A stretch of DNA of 63,849 nucleotides, counting the filler, from Bigelowiella natans CCMP2755 (taxonomy: Eukaryota > Protista > Cercozoa), in assembly GCA_000320545.1 (NCBI GenBank). It is 6 parts of 6 records of this genome, joined end to end, with 100 filler letters (N's around TTAATTAATTAA, not from the genome) between each part and the next. Parts side by side here need not be neighbours in the genome. Positions count along the whole stretch, not along the records: positions 55,060 to 58,747 come from ADNK01003405.1; positions 58,848 to 60,747 come from ADNK01002300.1; positions 60,848 to 62,224 come from ADNK01000368.1; positions 62,325 to 63,849 come from ADNK01003462.1; 2 more parts are not named here. The stretch is one strand, 5' to 3'. The stretch's first letter is position 1. Every line of letters begins with the position of its first letter. Made by a program: the position numbers and the translations under genes. Shown here piece after piece: positions 54,960-63,849 of the stretch. The notes under the pieces are model-generated. The model ran no database searches. It was given only the letters and a program-made list of their open reading frames with translations, and had not been told where the DNA came from.

Positions 54960-55359
54960 NNNNNNNNNNNNNNNNNNNNNNNNNNNNNNNNNNNNNNNNN
55001 NNNTTAATTAATTAANNNNNNNNNNNNNNNNNNNNNNNNNNNNNNNNNNNNNNNNNNNNGGAAAATGGCGGGATAGTAAGATAATACGACAAGCAGGGCG
55101 AAAACAAATCGCCTTCAATTTAATACCAAGGGGTGCTATTAATAGGATTTTGGTAATACCATTTTCAAAAACCCAAATCACACCAGGTTTGGGTTTTTAA
55201 AATCCAAATAATTCTATTTTTGGATTTCCAAAACCTAGATTAGTTTGGATTTGGATATCCAAAACCTAAAATAGAATGGATTTGGATTTCCAAATCCTGT
55301 TTTCGCTTCGGTAAATTCACATAATTTAAATTCTAAAAATAGAAATATTTATGTATACG

Positions 55360-55471
55360 GTTTCATACTCTAAAATGAAACCCCAAAAAGTTTCATACTC
55401 TAAAATGAAACCCTAAAAAGTTTCATACTCTAAAATGAAACCCCAAAAAGTTTCATACTCTAAAATGAAAC
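55360..55471. repeat. 30-bp tandem repeat, four copies of the hairpin core gtttcat-actctaaa-atgaaac
   Basis: Unit gtttcatactctaaaatgaaaccc[c/t]aaaaa. Each core has a perfect 7-bp stem and 8-nt loop. Confidence 0.95.
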
Positions 55472-55644
55472 TACCATACGGTTATATTTTCGTGTTGCAC
55501 CGTTTCATTTTGCTGTGTTGCACGATTTTTAGTGAAGATAAACCCCCTGCAATTCCAAAATACTTTTATTATTTCCACAAGGGGCAAAAATGTTAAAATG
55601 CCCTACAATTTAATTGTGTTCATCAAAAGGCGACACTCCTTACA

Positions 55645-57340
55645 ATGGCGGAAACACCACTATTTAGACTACTTGCTCAAAGTCAGAGACCCTTGTCTTG
55701 GGACGAGTTGTGGAATTCTGCTCCAGTAGAAAAACCTGGATTTAAACATTACGAGAAATACTTGGAAGAGCAAGTAAAATGGATGAGCGATTTTAATAAA
55801 ATCCTAATGGATGAAAATAGGGAAGCATTCAACATTGGTAGTGATGATTGGAATGCTAATATCTCCATAATCGTTTCGGCACTGGAAAAAGACAAGGGAA
55901 ACAAGAAACTACTCAAATATATGCGAGATTTCGCACATATGTATAAAAATATACAACAACAACAAATACGAGACCTGCTCAGTGGTGTTGGACCGCCTCC
56001 AGCACACCCTTACTACGACAACCTTAGGGAGTAGTTCGCAGAGCAATACAAAGTTATCCCAGTTGATAAAAGCAAAATATTGAGTGGTCTTAAGGAGTCT
56101 ACAGACAAGAAAAAATCACTACCACTGAAGCAGGATGGAACGATTGACAAGCGGTATCAAACTCCTCAGGATACAAGGTAATAAATATAATTACATATTT
56201 ATACATAGTTACTAATTATTTAATTATTCTTTCTTAAGAAAAGCAAGAAGAATAAGTCTACAGACAAGACCTGTGATGAGAAAAGCAAGAAGAATAAGGT
56301 CTTGACCCTGACTTTGGGTGTGACAAAACTTACGAAGAAAGGAACGATTGACAAGCGGTATCAAACTCCTCAGGATACAAGGTAATAAATATAATTACAT
56401 ATTTACATATTTACTATTTATTTCAATTTGTTATTTCAACCCATTAGAGGGTGTTGAATGTGTTGAATATTAATATTGAGAGGAAATATGTATTTACTAA
56501 TATTATTTCTTATTATTTAGCACTCCATTAAACCTCACAAAGCGACTACAAGGCGGTGCTGACAACGGCAACCAGATGCAGATGCTTTGTGATGCTACGA
56601 GCAATCTTAGGGTCAACAACGGCGATGCAAAGATGACATCCATTTGCAAAAAATTGAATTTTCAAATGGAAATCTGTGACCCAAATGCATCATTACAATT
56701 ACAGGTCAAGCAAATAGAGAACTACAAACCTCAAAACTTCCAAAAACCTGCACGAATTGCATCAGATGGGGTTGCTTCACAATGGTATGCTAACTTGGAA
56801 AGTGTCAAAAAGAAGATTAATCAGGATGCAATCAACATAGAACAAATCCGTAAGACTTCTTGTGCACAATATGGTCAAGAAATGCAGAAACTTAACAAAA
56901 TGCAGAAAGGCAGTATGCAATATTTCCAAAGAGAGGCACAATTACAAGCGATGTGGAATTATATGGTGACAACTTTCAAATCAAAGTTAGCGGAAATGGA
57001 AGAAGCATTGGAAGACATTGACAAAACTATGAAGTGGTTGTTGCCCAAAATGAAAGAGGATGAAATCAAAACGGCGACAAGAAATGTAATGGAAGTTGTG
57101 GAAAGGCAGATGGGTTATGCAAAGCAATACAGAATTGGTTTCACTACTTATGTGACACAAAATGGAAAGAGATATTGGTTTGAAGTCAATAGACAAAGAG
57201 AATGGAAAGCAGTCACACTGGATGATTGTAGGAGTCAAACTTTTCGAAATTATTGGGGCAAAAGTAGGTTTGATGATGAAGAAAAAGAGGATGATGTAGA
57301 TTATGACCAACTGATGGCAAGTGAACTTAAAGCAGAATAA
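55645..57340 (+). CDS. Hypothetical element-encoded protein, probably spliced (ORFs 55645-56034 and 56576-57340 linked through introns starting at 56178 and 56382); in-frame TAG at 56032
   Basis: The frame stays open past TAG 56032-34 up to the AG|GTAATA donor. Intron 56382-56520 (GTAATA...TACTAAT...TTTAG) joins in frame to STPLNLTKRLQGGADNGNQ-MQMLC... and the coiled-coil-rich ORF. Confidence 0.55.
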
Positions 57341-57354
57341 TAAAACACTTGTTT

Positions 57355-57471
57355 CTTTCGCATATGTCAGCATCCGCACATAGCACAGCATATGTCAGCA
57401 TCCGCACATAGCAGTCGCATATGTCAGCACAGCACATAGCACAGCAGTCGCAGTATTCGCTTTGCTTCGCA
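57355..57471. repeat. GCA-rich irregular tandem repeat between convergent genes
   Basis: gcatatgtcagcatccgcacatagca x2 plus partial copies. Confidence 0.85.
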
Positions 57472-57786
57472 TTATTTATTATCCTTTATCTTTGGCGACG
57501 GCAAGAATGTGCCCAGTATTAATATTACTATATTTAAAAAAGCATTCCGCTCGGACGAATTATTAACTGTAATAACTTGTAGCATACTGAACACAAGCAC
57601 ACTAAATATGACTCCGCTCTTTAAGAAGAACTCTAATGCTCTTTTATCGCTAGTTACACAGCAAGATTGATATGTGTTCTCTAATTTCGCATCCTCCACT
57701 TCCATTTTGTGTAGTATCTCCTGCTCCAATCGCTTTTTGAACTCTTGTGAGTGCTTCACATCCAAGACCAGTTCTTTATTATCCAT
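57472..57786 (-). CDS. Small two-TM membrane protein of the kind seen in PLV/virophage/NCLDV genomes
   Basis: YQSCCVTSDKRALEFF, TM1, TM2 ending GTFLPSPK. The xSCC..D...LP.PK pattern is recalled from such viruses and not verified. Confidence 0.6.
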   Translation of the reverse strand: MDNKELVLDVKHSQEFKKRLEQEILHKMEVEDAKLENTYQSCCVTSDKRALEFFLKSGVIFSVLVFSMLQVITVNNSSERNAFLNIVILILGTFLPSPKIKDNK

Positions 57787-57849
57787 ATATACAATAGAGT
57801 TAGATAATTATATTATTTAAAGAAATAATGACTAACAAAAGTATGAGAA

Positions 57850-58536
57850 ATGAGTAATGAAGAAATCAAATACGAAAAATGTAACAGGTGCAAATGTCAT
57901 AGATTACCTGAAGATTTTTTAAATGAGAAAGGGAGAAAATTAAAAACTTGTATTAAATGTAGGGACATACAAAAAAAATATAGAAACAAACCAAATGTGA
58001 TTTTGAGGAAAGCACAATGGTTTCAAAATTTTAAAAAAACACACGAAGAAAAATATAGAAAACAATATGAAATTTCCAATGCAAAAAGGAATCAAGCAAA
58101 ATTAGAATGGCAAAAAAATAATAAGTGTAAGCACGGAAAAAGAAAAACATATTGTATTGAATGCAATGGTGGTTCAATTTGTATTCACAGAAAACTCAAA
58201 TTTTGTTGCAAAGTTTGTGACCCAATTGGACATTTAAAAGGAATTGTTAGCAGTGCTGTTAATTGTAGATTTAAGAAAAACAAAAGTAAAAGCTCCATCA
58301 AATATTTAGGCACAACAATTAAAGAATATAAAAAATATTTAGAAAGTAAATTTAAAGAAGGTATGACTTGGGAAAATTACGGAATGTGGGAGATAGACCA
58401 CATTACACCTATTAGATACAAAGCAGGGGGTAAGGCACCTGATTTAGAAGAAGTCATTAAACGATTGCATTATACTAATACTCAACCCTTGTGGGCTACT
58501 GAAAATAGAAGCAAAGGTAATAGATTTATTGGTTAA
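57850..58536 (+). CDS. HNH endonuclease with zinc-ribbon repeats (NCLDV/PLV type)
   Basis: N-terminal CxxC..CxxC, CKHGKRKTYCIECNGGSICIH..CKVC repeats, YLG....Y..YLESKFKEGMTWENYG, WEIDHITP and HYTNTQPLWATENRSKG. Confidence 0.85.
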   Translation: MSNEEIKYEKCNRCKCHRLPEDFLNEKGRKLKTCIKCRDIQKKYRNKPNVILRKAQWFQNFKKTHEEKYRKQYEISNAKRNQAKLEWQKNNKCKHGKRKTYCIECNGGSICIHRKLKFCCKVCDPIGHLKGIVSSAVNCRFKKNKSKSSIKYLGTTIKEYKKYLESKFKEGMTWENYGMWEIDHITPIRYKAGGKAPDLEEVIKRLHYTNTQPLWATENRSKGNRFIG

Positions 58537-58576
58537 TTATTTTAATAACATATTTGATTAAATATTTTATTAAAAT

Positions 58577-58747
58577 CTAAGTTTGATGAAGGATTTCAGC
58601 GGAATATTGACCTATTATGTATTGAGGATAGTTCTTATGTGTCACTACCCATCGAGAGCCCATTTTCTTTAAATTTGATATTTCTTTTCTCTCTAAGCCT
58701 AAATACTTGTTTAACACATAATATAATTGGTTTGTTGCCGTTGATTG
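58577..58747 (-). CDS. C-terminal fragment of A32/FtsK-like DNA packaging ATPase (PLV/virophage type), 5'-partial; absent from the ORF track
   Basis: Manual translation gives QSTATNQLYYVLNKYLGLERKEISNLKKMGSRWVVTHKNYPQYIIGQYSAEILHQT*. The Y.L..YLGL....I..LK...SRWV...K.YPQ pattern matches the tail of these ATPases as I recall it. Walker motifs would lie beyond the gap. Confidence 0.7.
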   Translation of the reverse strand, partial: QSTATNQLYYVLNKYLGLERKEISNLKKMGSRWVVTHKNYPQYIIGQYSAEILHQT

Positions 58748-58847
58748 NNNNNNNNNNNNNNNNNNNNNNNNNNNNNNNNNNNNNNNNNNNNTTAATTAAT
58801 TAANNNNNNNNNNNNNNNNNNNNNNNNNNNNNNNNNNNNNNNNNNNN

Positions 58848-59725
58848 CGCGAGAGTGGTATAGACTTCAGTTGAGACGTCCATCTTGCTGATTCGATGCT
58901 CGCCGTTCGCAACGCAGTAATACAGCGTTTTGGGGGCCCCGGGCGTCGCGTCGATGTCCATTCCGACTATTTCCCCCCCTGGGCTCACAGGGGATCCTGG
59001 GTAAGTGGCGACCTGAGCATTTTCAAGGGGGTGGGGGGGGGGGTGAGATGTGCGAAAGAAGTTTTATAGCACACTGCTTTGGGATACAAATGGGAATTCG
59101 ACCTTAGAGATGTCCTCCGTCAGAGTAGCACCCCCAGCGAGGATGAAAGGCCCCGCGGTCGGTGTTCCTACAAGAGGGAGCAGGCGAGGAGAGCGGTGGG
59201 TATATTCAAATAGCGGTCATGTGCGTAAGAGCCCCCAAATGATGGTTTGTGGGATCAGTGCTCGTATAGGAGGAATTCTCAATCATCATCATCATCGTCG
59301 TCGTAGTCACAAGAGAGAATGCGAGCTAACCTGTATGTGTGGGGGTGGCTGTCGCTGGACACAAAGTCGGAGCCCACGAGGTGGGGGAAGCACTCGGCCT
59401 CCCTGTGTAAGTCGGTGTCTCCGTCGTTGGAGTTGAGGATGGCGCTCCTGTCACGGTCGGAGAGAACGTGCGGTGCGGACGAGATGCTACTAGCCAAGCG
59501 TATTGTTTACCTGAGAGGAAAGAACCAGATTAGATTGGGGGCGGGTGCTGTTGGGTTTACGCGTCACTTAGCATCAAGGCCCGAGATAGGTTGAAGGTGC
59601 CAATCATATGGGTGGTTTCGCGTCACGATTTGCTACCTGAGCTCGCCCATAGCTTCTTCGGAACGGAGTGCACACGGAGGTACTTGGCGTCCTTGATTGG
59701 GACCTTAACGACGATTCATGTGTTG

Positions 59726-59774
<49 letters not shown>

Positions 59775-60340
59775 TCAAGGAGGGGTGATGGCGCCGCGCG
59801 AAGATGATCGTTATTCTTTGACTACACGCACATTCCACCTAATAACCCCCCAAGACAACTCCCACTCGCGAGCGTGTGTTGCCAATCGATGTAGACGCAA
59901 GGATGAGAAGATCATCTTCTTGCATCCCTAGAGGATGATGACACAGAATGCATGCGTGCACACTTCAAGGAGACTTCAAGAGAATCAGCGAGGCCTATAG
60001 CAGCCGGGGATTACCGGGAAATTGGCCGTGGATTCACAGGGGAGAGAAAAGTCGCTCAAATCACCACCTTCATCACCCCAGGTTGTCTGTTAGTCACACG
60101 CACAATGAGAGGGAGGGGGAAGGGGGGGAGATTAGCGAATGTCATTCCATATGTGCATGCAAGTGCAAGATATACATTGCCAACAGCTGGAAGTATAGTA
60201 AAATCGCGACCCGCGAAAAAGCTGCTGCGTGCTGTGCGGTTACTCGTTTGCGGTGTTGCATCGCGTTTCCTACCTTGGGCGGAGCGTCGGCCATCGAGCT
60301 GAATGCTAGCCAGTCCTTCATGTTTGTTTCGAAACCGTCC
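58848..60340 (-). CDS. Internal fragment of a multi-exon surface/secreted protein with a Pro/Thr-rich linker and beta-propeller-like exon
   Basis: Exons FSPTVTGAPSSTPTTETPTYTGRPSASPTSWAPT and VATYPGSPVSPGGEIVGMDIDATPGAPKTLYYCVANGEHRISKMDVSTEVYTTLA, with canonical acceptors. Confidence 0.4.
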
Positions 60341-60359
60341 CTGATGTATGAAGCAAGTA

Positions 60360-60401
<42 letters not shown>

Positions 60402-60847
60402 CAATGTAACTTAGACGTCACTACACGACAGATGAGAGAAAACGGGGGGGTGAGGGAGAGAGAGCGGTAGTAGCAGTAGAGAGGGTATACATGACAACGG
60501 CTGGGGGACGTCAATAACCGATGACGATAGATTGATTACCAGTTCTGGTCAGTCTCCGACATGCAGGCCAGGGCAATTCTAAGTCACACACAACAGGGGG
60601 CAGCAGCAGCAGCGGCAGCAGCAGCAGCAGCAGATGCATATCCCAACATATCAGTGGGAGTAGTGGTGCATATGGTCGTCTCCCAGCCCCTCTCTAACCC
60701 CCCCCCCCAACCCCCCCTTCTTCTCTTTTCCTGAGGGAAACCAGGCGNNNNNNNNNNNNNNNNNNNNNNNNNNNNNNNNNNNNNNNNNNNNTTAATTAAT
60801 TAANNNNNNNNNNNNNNNNNNNNNNNNNNNNNNNNNNNNNNNNNNNN

Positions 60848-61073
60848 CAGGTTTGATAAATCGATGCGCGCCGTGAGGGGTGTGTGGTGTGTAGTGTGTG
60901 TTGTGTGTTAATTTTCGAGCGACACACCTCTAAGAGCTCGCGAGGTAACGTGGAAGCAGGGTAGTTGGCCAGGAGCTTCAAAGAGATAACAAGCTCATCG
61001 TCACCATCATCGTCATCATCATCAGGTGGTACGTGTCAGTGAGTGTGAAAGGTAAAGCACCACGACTGGCTGA

Positions 61074-61106
<33 letters not shown>

Positions 61107-61350
61107 GCGCAAGGAAGGAGATATGGCGAGAGGGGTTAATGATGATGGGGGATTTAAGAACGAGGCAGAACGATGATAATGATGATGATGATAATGATGA
61201 TGATGATAGATCATACACGTATCTACATATGGTTGAGCGATGTTCTTCATCAGCATCGTACCATATAGACGAGTGTCACGTCAAGGCCCTGACGAAGATG
61301 ATTGACAATACACACATTTAGCTACATCATCGTCGTTCTGTACACATGAC

Positions 61351-61388
<38 letters not shown>

Positions 61389-61898
61389 CGATGATGATCT
61401 TGAAGATCGTCATCATCTTCATCAACGTGTGCTTCACAGACGCCAGCAGCGGTGAGGTTTCGAATAGCGTTTGGTCGCGGCGTAACCGACTCATTGCGAA
61501 CAGTCATGTCGTTCTGACCCACTGAAAAAGCGATTTTTTTTGTCCATCGCAGAGCCAGTGTATTTGAAATATGATGATGATGTGTTATGGAATACGCATG
61601 GCTCTCTTTGTCGTCCTCCTCTATGTTTACTCACTACCCCCCCCCCCCCTCCCGTAGGCAGACACTCTCTCAGGTTTGATAAATCGATGCGCGCCGTGGA
61701 GGGGTGTGTGGTGTGTAGTGTGTGTTTGTGTGTTAATTTTCGAGCGACACACCTCTAAGAGCTCGCGAGGTAACGTGGAAGCAGGGTAGTTGGCCAGGAG
61801 CTTCAAAGAGATAACAAGCTCATCGTCACCATCATCGTCATCATCATCAGGTGGTACGTGTCAGTGAGTGTGAAAGGTAAAGCACCACGACTGGCTGA

Positions 61899-61931
<33 letters not shown>

Positions 61932-62175
61932 GCGCAAGGAAGGAGATATGGCGAGAGGGGTTAATGATGATGGGGGATTTAAGAACGAGGCAGAACGATG
62001 ATAATGATGATGATGATAATGATGATGATGATAGATCATACACGTATCTACATATGGTTGAGCGATGTTCTTCATCAGCATCGTACCATATAGACGAGTG
62101 TCACGTCAAGGCCCTGACGAAGATGATTGACAATACACACATTTAGCTACATCATCGTCGTTCTGTACACATGAC

Positions 62176-62213
<38 letters not shown>

Positions 62214-62224
62214 CGATGATGATC
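60848..62224. repeat. Contig with ~552-bp terminal direct repeat (60848-61399 = 61671-62224), period ~825 bp
   Basis: The copies are near-identical, the ORF-track translations are duplicated at +825, and the only differences seen are single-base indels near the contig start. Confidence 0.93.
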
Positions 62225-62505
62225 NNNNNNNNNNNNNNNNNNNNNNNNNNNNNNNNNNNNNNNNNNNNTTAATTAATTAANNNNNNNNNNNNNNNNNNNN
62301 NNNNNNNNNNNNNNNNNNNNNNNNCACAGGACAATGGAAGATATTAGTGCCATGCCCCTCCCCCCCCTCCCCTCCATCCCCCTATGTCTTCTGGCTTTCC
62401 TCCACACACACACACACACACACATACACACAACCAACCAAATACTAGATGAAAGACACTGTAATGGTTCGAAAAGAAGACACAAAATGATCCGCGCTCA
62501 TACTA

Positions 62506-63660
62506 CCTGCGCGCAGGAATTGTAGAAATTAGACAGCTTCTCATAGGCCTTCGCCTTGCTGTAAAAGAGGATGATCTTCTTCATGATGTCGGGTTTCGCG
62601 TGCCAGTTCAGGTTCTGCATGTAGTTGGCGGAGAGGATGTAGATCTCTTTCTTCCGCGTCATCGTCGCGTAATAGATGATCTTGTCGGTGTCCTTCGATT
62701 TGAGCAAGCACCGCATTGCTGAAATCTTATCGCCTGGGTAGGAGAATACGTGCACACGCAACACTATAGTCATATATCGAACATATTTTTACTGCAGACG
62801 TGTATGTGTGAGTTTGTTTCATGCATGCCGAAAGCTGCTTCATCTTATTCCTCCTTCGTATCGATTACCAGCTTGAGTGAATTTCTTGCACGCGACATGG
62901 TAAGAGCCTTGGTCCCGCAGGCACTCGGCAAGCACCGTCAGGACTTTCTTCCGCTCCTCCAGCTTCTCCGGGTCTTTAACTGGCAAACACGTTTTTTGTT
63001 GAAAGGAATACGTGAGGAGATGCTCTCTGCGAGATCATGTAAAATACGAATGAGTAGAGTAACAGAGCTTACTCTTGGGCGGTGTGAGCTTCTCCGCCAT
63101 CTTGTCCGAAATCCTGACGCCGTGCTTCTGGCACAGCGCGAGAGCGTGCGCGACCTTATTCGCGGTGATGAACAGCGCTACTGCCTTATCATACTGTGTG
63201 GATTTGCGGATAAGGGAGAGCGGGGAGGGAGGGGGTGGACAAAAAAAACCGGTCAATTCCGGTTCGTTGAAAGCGTGTGTTGGAATGACATAGCGAATGC
63301 TCATGGATTATAGCGAGCCAAATGCGGCCTTTTGAATCGCACGGACGCCCCTTCCGTTAACCCAACGATACGCTTACGAACATGCTGATAACATCCTTGC
63401 GCGATGAATGCGTATCTGTGGGGGTCCAATGCCCGCTGACAATCACCTGCTTGTGAGCCATAAAAAACTCCCCGCATCTGTTTAGAAGTGCGGGGTCGGT
63501 CTTCTCATCGAATTCTTCGGCAATGCTCCTGAGCTCTTGGAAGAGCTGCCCTTCAAAGCAGAGCGAGATGGCCTTGTTTATGTTTCCGCCTTTGTGGTAC
63601 AGCAGGACAGCGCGCTCGTTCATGTGTCTGCGCTCGAAGTACTCCGCTACTTGGAGCTGC
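62506..63660 (-). CDS. IFT140: Intraflagellar transport protein 140, internal fragment (4 exons)
   Basis: ERAVLLYHKGGNINKAISLCFEGQLF, QYDKAVALF, and GDKISAMRCLLKSKDTDKIIYYA...KEIYILSANYMQNLNW...IMKKIILFYSKAKA....FYNSCAQV match the IFT140 C-terminal TPR region. Confidence 0.92.
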
Positions 63661-63849
63661 CAGGGGAGGAAGCAGGAAGGAGGAAGGAGGGAGGGGGGGA
63701 GGACGATGTGTTTGTTTTGTGATTATCAAAACGCGCTGGATTTCGTGCAAAGTAAGGCATTCTTTCTTATTCAGTCTCTTCCTCCGTGTCACATATGAAA
63801 GGGCAACATCGAAAGGGAGGGGGATAGTCAAACAGTGAACACATTGCTA

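Larger units (their letters stand above)
55060..58747. mobile_element. Polinton-like virus / virophage-type genome fragment (whole contig)
   Basis: AT-rich, gene-dense and free of host-type microsatellites. Carries a packaging-ATPase-like C-terminus, an NCLDV/PLV-type HNH endonuclease, a two-TM protein and a repeat/hairpin-rich left end. No capsid or integrase gene is in view. Confidence 0.75.

Noticed and set aside
55360-55471. CRISPR array
   Set aside because: The 'spacers' are 8 bp and nearly identical, there are no cas genes, and the context is eukaryotic/viral.
1-63849. tRNA, rRNA or snRNA genes
   Set aside because: None was recognised by eye. tRNAscan-SE/Infernal would be needed to exclude them.

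Overview
Eukaryotic nuclear DNA from an intron-rich, microsatellite-rich, flagellated protist (IFT140 is present; a possible bipartite targeting leader is compatible with a secondary-plastid alga such as a chlorarachniophyte, which is inference only). The window is six contigs joined by artificial 100-bp N/TTAATTAATTAA/N spacers (1-31545, 31646-54959, 55060-58747, 58848-60747, 60848-62224, 62325-63849), so adjacency across gaps is not evidence of linkage. Host genes include a SNX-BAR-like fragment, NDUFA4/B12D-like, an MnmM/YtqB-like methyltransferase, an FkbM methyltransferase, a DH-PH-FYVE-DH RhoGEF, a peroxisomal-type carrier, XRN1, PEX13-like, a rhomboid, a long Cys-rich membrane protein and IFT140. 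Two things stand out. (1) Intergenic islands of decayed repeat DNA are almost free of TpA while CpG is retained, and the surviving TpAs sit mostly in CTAG. This suggests a repeat-directed A-to-G hypermutation process, opposite in direction to fungal RIP, together with short insertions. (2) AT-rich Polinton-like-virus/virophage-type DNA: one contig carries a packaging-ATPase C-terminus, an HNH endonuclease, a two-TM protein, hairpin repeats and an intron-containing gene with a ubiquitin-tail-like LxLxxRLxGG motif. A related kelch-repeat segment is contiguous with host DNA. Exon boundaries and all counts were read by eye.
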